Assembly: GCA_015065935.1 (NCBI GenBank)
Contig: SVPI01000003.1
Location: 30,563 to 94,562 of the forward strand
DNA from: Oscillospiraceae bacterium
Lineage (GTDB): Bacteria; Bacillota; Clostridia; Oscillospirales; Acutalibacteraceae
DNA length: 64,000 nt
Direction: 5' to 3'
Numbering within the stretch: the first letter of the stretch is position 1; each line of letters begins with the position of its first letter. Below are positions 57,376 through 64,000 of the stretch, piece by piece. The notes beneath the pieces are model-generated. The model saw nothing but the letters and a program-made list of their open reading frames with translations. It was not told the DNA's origin and searched no databases. Position numbers and translations under genes: made by a program.

Positions 57376-58737
57376 ATGATTTTAAACCCTAAAATTCCCG
57401 AGGAGATAACGGTGCACCTAGGTCCTCCTTCCGCCGCCGCCGAAAACATTACCGTGCCCTTTACCGAGTATATAAAAAATGTGGCATCCAGTGAAATTTA
57501 TCCCACCTGGCCTGAAAATGCGCTAAGAGCAAACATTTATGCAATTATTTCCTTTGCCCTTAACCGAATTTACACCGAATGGTATCCTTCCCGCGGCTAT
57601 GATTTTGATATAACCAACACAACCGCCTTTGACCAGGCTTATGTTCGGGATAGAAGCGTTTTTGAGAACATATCCCAAATCGTTGATGAGATTTTTGATA
57701 GCTATGTGGTGCGCCAGGGCTCGGTTGAGCCGCTTTTTACACAGTTTTGCAACGGCACTACCTCAACCTGCGATGGCCTTTCACAATGGGGCACAGTTAC
57801 CCTTGCTGAGCAGGGCTTAACCCCTTATGCCATTTTGCAAAATTACTACGGCAACGATATTAACATTGTGGAAAATGTGCCTGTTGCCGATATTGATTCA
57901 TCCTACCCCGGTACCCCACTTCGCCTTGGAGATGCGGGAAACGATGTGAGCATTTTACAGGTGCAGTTAAACGCCATAGCAAGGAACTATCCCGCAATAC
58001 CGAGAATAAGTGAATTAAACGGAATTTTTAATGTGCAAACCGAAAACGCCGTACGAAAATTTCAGGAGGTCTTTTTTTTGCCTGTAACAGGTGTGGTTGA
58101 TTCTGCCACATGGTACAAAATAAAGCGGTATTATGTGGGTGTAAAACGCCTTGCTGAGCTTGATAGCCTTGGTGTTACCATTGATGAAGCCAGCGTTCCC
58201 TTTGGCAGTGATATTAAAACAGGGGATAGTGGCGTTGAGGTTACAACAGTTCAGTATTACCTTAATGTTATAGCATATTTTAATCCTTCACTTAATGTGT
58301 TTCCTATCGATTCGGTTTTTGGGGTTAATACCGAAAATGCCGTTCGCAATTTTCAAACCTTTTACGGACTTAATGTTACGGGCGTTGTTGATGAAGCAAC
58401 CTGGAATAAGTTGCGCTCGGTTTATAATGACACAAGAGCTTCGCTTCCTGCCGATTACAGCAGTGGCCTTGCCAAGGCGTATCCCGGTTACTTCTTGTCA
58501 GAGGGTTTGCAAAACGATGATGTGAGAGATTTGCAAACATATTTATCCTTCATTGCCGATAATATTCCGCAAATCCCCAAAATCTCGGTTGATGGTATTT
58601 TTGGTCCCGCAACGGCAGAGGCCGTCAGAACCTTTCAGAGCCTTTACGGCCTTGATCCTACAGGTGCTGTTGGGCCTGTTACCTGGTTTTACATTGGAAA
58701 TGAGTATGACTTTTTAAAAGGACAGCCGCAAGGATAA
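57376..58737 (+). CDS. Spore cortex-lytic enzyme SleC-like protein with three peptidoglycan-binding repeats
   Basis: The N-terminal ITVHLGPPSAAAENITVPFTEYIKNVASSEIYPTWPENALRANIYAIISFALNRIYTEWY matches my memory of the clostridial SleC catalytic region. Three PG_binding_1-like repeats follow (...VDGIFGPATAEAVRTFQSLYGLDPTG...). Confidence 0.7.
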   Translation: MILNPKIPEEITVHLGPPSAAAENITVPFTEYIKNVASSEIYPTWPENALRANIYAIISFALNRIYTEWYPSRGYDFDITNTTAFDQAYVRDRSVFENISQIVDEIFDSYVVRQGSVEPLFTQFCNGTTSTCDGLSQWGTVTLAEQGLTPYAILQNYYGNDINIVENVPVADIDSSYPGTPLRLGDAGNDVSILQVQLNAIARNYPAIPRISELNGIFNVQTENAVRKFQEVFFLPVTGVVDSATWYKIKRYYVGVKRLAELDSLGVTIDEASVPFGSDIKTGDSGVEVTTVQYYLNVIAYFNPSLNVFPIDSVFGVNTENAVRNFQTFYGLNVTGVVDEATWNKLRSVYNDTRASLPADYSSGLAKAYPGYFLSEGLQNDDVRDLQTYLSFIADNIPQIPKISVDGIFGPATAEAVRTFQSLYGLDPTGAVGPVTWFYIGNEYDFLKGQPQG

Positions 58738-59695
58738 ATATAAGGGCAAAAATGGTAATAACCCAATTTAAAAGGGCACCGAATTTTACAACGGTTTGGC
58801 TAAAAATTATTACTATAAAAAGAATTATCGAAAGAACAAGCGGCAGGTGCTTTATTTGTTTTTTAAATGCAAGGTTTAATATTTCCTTTGCACAAATAAG
58901 GCACACCGCACACTTAATAAGTGAGCCAAAAAAGAAAATTATATATGCAAGCCCCTCAAGGCGGCTGAATTTGAGCCCCAAAGAAACGGTATCTAAAACC
59001 GATAGAAAGGCAAAATCAAGGCTTGCGCTATAGGGGAAACCGAAAATTAAAATAACCTGCAAAAGGGGAAACAATATTAGTAAAAAGCCAAAAAGCATTC
59101 CAAGGGCAACACCCTTTGGGGTGCTTTTTTCCATTTTTATAATAAATGGTAAAAGCAGCATTGGTGCTATGCATTTCGCAAAGAAAAAAAGCAACCCCGA
59201 AAGGGTGCCAGAAAAACCAAGACCCTTTAAATTATTTAGGTTAAACTGATTTCCTGAAAGCAGGAAAAGCACCAGCTGTGAAAAAATTATCAGCACCAAA
59301 AAAATTAGGCTTATTTTAAAGATAACCTGCTTTTTCGCCCTTAAAAGAAAGAAGACAAGAGCGGAAAAAATGAGTGAAAAAATAAAATAATTTTCACTGC
59401 TTAAAATTTTTTTGTTTGCAACAAGGGAAAAATCGGCTGCTGAATTTGTGGCGCAAATTAGCGCAAAAAGGCACAAAAAAACGGCAACAATTTTCCCCGT
59501 CTTTTTAGAAAAAAGGTTTGTGTGGTTAAAATTTCTAAGAATAGGCAACAGTATAAAGCCAATTAAAAAGCTTAAAGCAAGTCCTAAAAAGGCACCGCCG
59601 CCACCGGCCTCCTTCGGTAAAAAAATGGTGGCGTTTCCAAGGGCAAAAAGGCCGACGAGAGCGCAGGTAAGTTTTGTGGGAACGGTCTTATTCAT
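58679..59695 (-). CDS. Spore germination receptor B-subunit-type permease (GerAB family)
   Basis: About 10 TM segments, the position in an A-C-B operon, and a start that overlaps the gerxC stop by 8 nt. Confidence 0.65.
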   Translation of the reverse strand: MNKTVPTKLTCALVGLFALGNATIFLPKEAGGGGAFLGLALSFLIGFILLPILRNFNHTNLFSKKTGKIVAVFLCLFALICATNSAADFSLVANKKILSSENYFIFSLIFSALVFFLLRAKKQVIFKISLIFLVLIIFSQLVLFLLSGNQFNLNNLKGLGFSGTLSGLLFFFAKCIAPMLLLPFIIKMEKSTPKGVALGMLFGFLLILFPLLQVILIFGFPYSASLDFAFLSVLDTVSLGLKFSRLEGLAYIIFFFGSLIKCAVCLICAKEILNLAFKKQIKHLPLVLSIILFIVIIFSQTVVKFGALLNWVITIFALIFILAAVLLKSHTHFQCKTR

Positions 59696-60293
59696 TGTAT
59701 TGCCCCCTTAAAAAATAATTATCATCCTCGGTTTCAAAAAAGGGAAGGGTTAAAGGAGCACCGCCGTGCAGTGCGCTTAAAACCGAATAAAGGTTGCATT
59801 TTAAAAGGTCGCTTTTGCTTTCCTGCATATTAAGAATTTTAACGGCATCGTAGCCTACAGCTTGGCCTGTTCGGCTTTTAAGCTGTAGCATTTTTCCACC
59901 ATTTTCATTTGAAACAATTTTTGTGTTTTGGCTTAAATTTTGCTCATCTCTTAGATATATAAGGGTTTCATAAAGCAATTCCTCACTTAGCCCCTTTCCC
60001 TTAATAACAAGGGCGCAGTGTTCGGCAGAAAGCCTGTTACCAAGGGATTTTTGAAGGGACAAAAATGCACTTTTGCAGTCCTTTTGGCTGGTTTTTAAAA
60101 TTTTTTTGGAATATTCCAGTCCGCCCTCAGGGGTAGAGGTGTCAACCGTTTCAAGGGTTAAAAGAATACCGCTTTCTGCAGGGTCAATGCCGATTGCCGA
60201 AATTATAATGGTTTGTTCGGGCTCGTAATAAGGTCTATTACAGCCACAAAGAAAGGTTAAAAGCAAAATTAAAATAAGCATTATTCTTTTCAT
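59688..60293 (-). CDS. Ger(x)C-family germination lipoprotein, unusually short (201 aa)
   Basis: Lipobox LLTFLCGC followed by IIISAIGIDPAE, a typical GerxC N-terminus. It is ATGA-coupled to the A-subunit gene. Only about half the usual length. Confidence 0.6.
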   Translation of the reverse strand: MKRIMLILILLLTFLCGCNRPYYEPEQTIIISAIGIDPAESGILLTLETVDTSTPEGGLEYSKKILKTSQKDCKSAFLSLQKSLGNRLSAEHCALVIKGKGLSEELLYETLIYLRDEQNLSQNTKIVSNENGGKMLQLKSRTGQAVGYDAVKILNMQESKSDLLKCNLYSVLSALHGGAPLTLPFFETEDDNYFLRGQYNE

Positions 60294-61783
60294 TTTTCAC
60301 TCTTCCTTATTTTGTTTTTGCTCAATTTCACAGGTCGGGTTAACATATTCCGCCAAGAAGTTCTTATCAGCGTATCCTTAAGGCTTTGGAGAGTGGGGTT
60401 TATAATGGATGAGGTGTAATCTACAGTAAAAGAGGAAAGGGATAAAATGTGAATAAGCAGTGCCGCAATGCCTGCAAAAAAGCCTAAAAGCCCTAAATAG
60501 TGGGAGAGAATAACAAGGCCCAGGCGAGAAAAGAAAATTACCCCACGAAGCCGTGGGAGCATTAATCCTGCAATGCCCGAAAGGGCAATGATAATAAGCA
60601 TTGGTGCACTTACAATTCTCGCTTCAACCGCCGCCTGCCCTACAACAAGTCCACCTACAATGCTTAGCGCATGCCCTACCCCTTGTGGCATTCTAAGCCC
60701 TGTTTCCTTTAAAATTTCAAAAATTAAAATAAGCAGTACACACTCAACTAGTGAAGAAAGGGGAACCGAGTTTCTGGCTGAACAAATGCTTATTAAAAAG
60801 GAGGTTGGAAGCAGGTCGGTGTGGTGGGTTATAAGGCTTAAAAATACGGCGGGCACACTTATTGCAAGAATAAAGCAAAGGTAGCGAAGTAGTCGACCTA
60901 AAGTGCCTAAAAAGTGATTTGTGTAGTAATCATCATCCGCCTGAAAATTTTCACTAAAAAGGTAGGGAAGGGTAAGCACCACAGGTGTGCCGTCCACCAT
61001 AACCACAATTCTACCCTCTAAAATTCTTGCAACGGCAACATCGGGGCGCTCGGTGCTACCCACGGTTTTAAGCAAGGAATTAGGATGCTCGTTTATCAGC
61101 TCGTTTATATAGTTACTATCCAAAACACCATCAATATTAATTTGTTTAAGTCTTTGTTTAAGTGCGCAAAGGGCACCTTTATTTACAACCGAATCAAGAT
61201 AACAAATAAAAACACCGGTGTCGGTGCGCCTCCCAACCGTTAGGGTTTCAACACAAAAATCGGGTGTTGGAAGCCTTCGGCGAAGCAGGGCAACATTAAG
61301 CATAACAGCTTCCTCAAAGCCTTCGCGGGGGCCCTGCAAAACCCGTTCGTTTTCGGGCTCGCTTATACCCCTTGTGCGCCAGCCCTTTGTGTTAATGCTA
61401 AGCCCTTCATTTGAGCCATCAAAAAGCACAATGGTGTCGCCGTAAAGCAGGTTTCGAAGTAAGGGAGCCAGGGCGTTATGCTTTTTAATCTCGGCAGCAA
61501 AAAGCACACGTCGAGTCACAAAATCGGTAATATTTTTTTCACTATCGCACTTGCAAAGAAGCAGTGGTTTAATAATTGACTCGTTTAAAACCAGGGTGTT
61601 TATCATTGAATCCATAAAGAAAACGGCGGCACGAATGGGATGAGCACCGCCTGTTTCAATTTCTCTTATGCGTAAAATGTCATCCTTTTTAAAAATTTCC
61701 TTAATGAGTGTAAGGTTTTCACTGAGCGTAGATTTTAAAAGTGTGTTTTCAAAATTTTCAAGTAATTTTTCCGTTTTAAGCAC
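60290..61783 (-). CDS. Spore germination receptor A subunit (GerAA/GerKA family)
   Basis: GWRTRGISEPENERVLQGPREGFEE and a C-terminal multi-TM region are typical of GerA A subunits. GTG start. Confidence 0.85.
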   Translation of the reverse strand: MLKTEKLLENFENTLLKSTLSENLTLIKEIFKKDDILRIREIETGGAHPIRAAVFFMDSMINTLVLNESIIKPLLLCKCDSEKNITDFVTRRVLFAAEIKKHNALAPLLRNLLYGDTIVLFDGSNEGLSINTKGWRTRGISEPENERVLQGPREGFEEAVMLNVALLRRRLPTPDFCVETLTVGRRTDTGVFICYLDSVVNKGALCALKQRLKQINIDGVLDSNYINELINEHPNSLLKTVGSTERPDVAVARILEGRIVVMVDGTPVVLTLPYLFSENFQADDDYYTNHFLGTLGRLLRYLCFILAISVPAVFLSLITHHTDLLPTSFLISICSARNSVPLSSLVECVLLILIFEILKETGLRMPQGVGHALSIVGGLVVGQAAVEARIVSAPMLIIIALSGIAGLMLPRLRGVIFFSRLGLVILSHYLGLLGFFAGIAALLIHILSLSSFTVDYTSSIINPTLQSLKDTLIRTSWRNMLTRPVKLSKNKIRKSEK

Positions 61784-61813
61784 CGCCTTTTTTGAGTTAT
61801 TATTTCCAAAAAG

Positions 61814-61847
61814 GCAAAAAATAACCCCGCAGCAACACTGCGGGGTT
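61814..61847 (-). terminator. Intrinsic terminator after the 153-aa coiled-coil gene
   Basis: The minus strand forms aaccccgcag / ctgcggggtt. It is followed by ATTTTTTGCCTTTTT. Confidence 0.75.
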
Positions 61848-61866
61848 TAAAAAATCAAGTTTTTAA

Positions 61867-62328
61867 TTAGTCGTTCTTAGAAACAGGCATTTGCTGTTTT
61901 AAAGCAGCGCGGGTCTTTCTAACCTCGCCGAGGTTTGCGGTAAGGCCTTCGTCTGCACGGCGCATAATGTCATCAACAAAATCCTGAGCAGCCTTTTTCA
62001 TTTCGCGGCTCTTTGCCTGAGCATTAGCAATAATTTCAGAAGCCTTTGCCTGAGCTAACTTTGTAATTTCTTCCTGTGCTACCATTGCCTTTGCGCGCTC
62101 CTCTGCGGCATTAATAATGCCATCGGCCTCACGTTTTGCATTGGTGATGATTTCAGCACGGTCGGCAACAATGCCACGTGCCTGCTTGATTTCGCTGGGG
62201 ATATTAAGACGGATGTCGTCGATAACTGCGCGGATTTGCTCAATGTCAACGATAGTCTTTTTGCCGGGAATTTTAACGCCGCTGTCAAGCACCTCGTCAA
62301 ACTGCTCTAATAATTCTTCTACGGTCAT
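61867..62328 (-). CDS. Hypothetical coiled-coil protein (ATP-synthase-b/V-type-G-like repeat pattern)
   Basis: Ala/Glu/Lys/Arg-rich heptad-like sequence (AKREADGIINAAEERAKAMVAQEEITKLAQAKASEIIANAQAKSRE). It sits downstream of coaD in the same orientation. Confidence 0.5.
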   Translation of the reverse strand: MTVEELLEQFDEVLDSGVKIPGKKTIVDIEQIRAVIDDIRLNIPSEIKQARGIVADRAEIITNAKREADGIINAAEERAKAMVAQEEITKLAQAKASEIIANAQAKSREMKKAAQDFVDDIMRRADEGLTANLGEVRKTRAALKQQMPVSKND

Positions 62329-62335
62329 TTTATAT

Positions 62336-62836
62336 TCATCCTTTCTTTTTACTTAGTCGCTCTAAAATGTCTTTATGTATAACACTCGGAACAAAGCCCG
62401 AAATGTCACCATCCATGCTTGCAATCTGCTTAACCATGCTGGAACTTAAATACATATTTTCCGCCGCAGTGGTTATGAAAACCGTTTCAATATCCGGGTT
62501 TAGTTTTTTATTGGCAAGTGCCATTTGAAATTCATATTCAAAGTCGGACATTGCCCTTAAACCCTTTAAAATGATTTTGGCACCGTGCTTTTTTGCATAG
62601 TCCGCCAAAAGGCCATCGTAAGCATCAACCTCAACATTGTTAAGGCCTGCATCTTTAATGGTTTTTTTTAGAAGCTGGGCGCGCTCCTCAGGGGAGAAGG
62701 AATAGGTTTTGTTGGCATTTTTTAAAATTACCACAATAACCTTTTCAAACATTCCCGAGGCGCGGGCAATAACATCAAGATGGCCAAGGGTTACAGGGTC
62801 AAAACTGCCCGGACAAATGGCTAAGGATTTATTCAT
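62336..62836 (-). CDS. coaD: Phosphopantetheine adenylyltransferase
   Basis: CPGSFDPVTLGHLD (the HxGH-type motif) and a SSSMVKQI end motif. ATG at 62836 overlaps the rsmD stop. Confidence 0.95.
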   Translation of the reverse strand: MNKSLAICPGSFDPVTLGHLDVIARASGMFEKVIVVILKNANKTYSFSPEERAQLLKKTIKDAGLNNVEVDAYDGLLADYAKKHGAKIILKGLRAMSDFEYEFQMALANKKLNPDIETVFITTAAENMYLSSSMVKQIASMDGDISGFVPSVIHKDILERLSKKKG

Positions 62837-63374
62837 TTTCCTTCCTCCTATAAGCCGATATAACAATTTTGCCATAATTATATTCTTTATAACAGTAAAA
62901 ATCGTTCACAGTGTCAGGTAATGTAATTTCCTTTGGATGCTCACAAAGAATTTTGCCAAAGGAACTCATAACCTGACAGGTTTTTAAAAGGGCATCGGTA
63001 ATCAGCCCTTCATAATAGGGTGGGTCTAAAAAAGCAATATCAAAGGTTTCAGAGCAGGTGGCAAGAAACGAAGCATAATCTGCACAAATCGCTTTTGCAC
63101 TGTTGGCCAGCCCTGTAATATTAAGGTTTTCCTTAACAACCTTCAAATGGGAAGCACAGTTATCAACAAAGGTTGCGCTTTTGGCGCCTCGGCTTAAAGC
63201 CTCAATCCCCATCTGTCCGCAGCCTGCGAACAAATCAAGAAAACGACGACCCTCTAAATCAAACTGAATAGAACTGAAAATTGCCTCTTTAACCTTTTCG
63301 GCAGTGGGGCGCACGTCAAGCCCCGGTAGGGTGCTGATTTTTCTGCCGCCCGCAATGCCAGCGATAACTCTCAC
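62829..63374 (-). CDS. rsmD: 16S rRNA (guanine966-N2)-methyltransferase
   Basis: MRVIAGIAGGRKI, LDLFAGCGQMGIEALSRGA and FLDPPY motifs. Confidence 0.9.
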   Translation of the reverse strand: MRVIAGIAGGRKISTLPGLDVRPTAEKVKEAIFSSIQFDLEGRRFLDLFAGCGQMGIEALSRGAKSATFVDNCASHLKVVKENLNITGLANSAKAICADYASFLATCSETFDIAFLDPPYYEGLITDALLKTCQVMSSFGKILCEHPKEITLPDTVNDFYCYKEYNYGKIVISAYRRKENE

Positions 63375-63435
63375 TTAAAATCACCTATTATCTATTATCC
63401 ATTATCCCATTAAACAGTGTGTTTTGTCAACACTT

Positions 63436-64000
63436 TTATTTAATGGCGTTTGTGGTGGTGTCCTTCTGAATAACATCGTGTGCGCCACCCTCAATGATAC
63501 TTGTTGCAGAAACAAGGGTTAATTTTGCTTTCTTTTGAAGCTCGGGAATGGTGAGCGCGCCGCAGTTGCACATTGTGGAACGTACCTTGCTTAAGGAAAG
63601 ACCTACATTGTCCTTAAGTGTTCCGGCGTAGGGAACATAGGAGTCAACACCCTCCTCGAAGGATAACTTCTTATCGCCTCCAAGGTCGTAACGCTGCCAG
63701 TTTCTGGCTCTGTTTGAGCCCTCGCCCCAGTATTCCTTGTAATAATTTCCGTTAATGGCAATTTTGCTTGTGGGGCTCTCATCAAATCTTGCAAAGTAGC
63801 GGCCAAGCATAAGGAAATCGGCGCCCATTGCAAGGGCTAAGGTCATATGATGGTCGTGAACAATACCGCCATCGGAGCAAACGGGAACATAAATGCCGGT
63901 TTTCTCATAATATTCGTCTCTTGCGGCGCAAACATCAATAAGGGCAGTAGCCTGTCCGCGGCCGATACCCTTGGTTTCGCGGGTAATACAAATGGAGCCA
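63436..64000 (-). CDS. IMP dehydrogenase/GMP reductase-family protein (partial, 5' end outside the window)
   Basis: The reading frame stays open upstream of the annotated Met to the window edge. My translation there includes [20 protein letters not shown], an IMPDH-type catalytic Cys loop, followed by [12 protein letters not shown]. Confidence 0.75.
   Translation of the reverse strand, partial: GSICITRETKGIGRGQATALIDVCAARDEYYEKTGIYVPVCSDGGIVHDHHMTLALAMGADFLMLGRYFARFDESPTSKIAINGNYYKEYWGEGSNRARNWQRYDLGGDKKLSFEEGVDSYVPYAGTLKDNVGLSLSKVRSTMCNCGALTIPELQKKAKLTLVSATSIIEGGAHDVIQKDTTTNAIK

Noticed and set aside
1-64000. CRISPR arrays, tandem repeats, rRNA/tRNA genes, transposases or integrases
   Set aside because: Reading through the intergenic regions, I found no regularly spaced direct repeats and no cloverleaf-capable sequence. 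No ORF has transposase, integrase or recombinase motifs. All spacers longer than 100 nt are accounted for by promoters, terminators, small ORFs or the 34616-34892 element.

Overview
This 64-kb chromosomal window appears to come from a spore-forming, Clostridia-type Firmicute. That inference rests on spoVM, an M23/M50 spoIVFA/B-like pair, a gerA-type operon, a sleC-like gene, whiA and the stp-prkC block. Sampled lines are mostly mid-40s % G+C by eye. I support about 58 protein-coding genes and see no rRNA, tRNA or CRISPR array. All product calls come from motifs read in the supplied translations; no database search was possible.

Most of the window is conserved housekeeping:
- a partial AraC regulator divergent from a GH38 alpha-mannosidase
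- GH13 plus glgP (glycogen/maltodextrin catabolism)
- cls
- an M16 peptidase pair, then lgt, folD and htrA
- yloC-remA-gmk-rpoZ-priA-def-fmt-rsmB-rlmN-stp-prkC-rsgA-spoVM
- an M23/M50 pair followed by a TIGR03960/TIGR03936-like radical-SAM pair
- pcrA
- alr with sbcF/sbcE-like genes
- ychF
- hprK-glcK-murB-whiA-dnaE-pfkA
- sleC-like gene plus the gerA-type operon
- rsmD-coaD

Stand-out regions:
1. A 277-bp, non-coding, heavily self-complementary element (34616-34892) is bounded by perfect 28-bp inverted repeats. It begins at the predicted transcription start of an FkbM-family methyltransferase gene, at a break in conserved gene order. It is either a MITE or a large undescribed structured leader RNA.
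2. A sharply AT-rich three-gene island (3109-4602) encodes a small membrane protein, an XRE regulator and an orphan 288-aa protein. It has a consensus promoter carrying two identical 11-nt operator-like repeats.
3. A translationally coupled trio (54529-56825) encodes an HprK-C-domain-like P-loop protein, an anchorless S26/SipW-like peptidase and an AI-2E-family transporter.

Smaller items:
- spoVM, which the ORF track missed, plus a 49-aa membrane ORF upstream of it
- a transmembrane hairpin in the middle of the SbcE/YhaN-like ATPase
- a half-length GerxC lipoprotein
- a terminator that embeds the RBS of the next gene
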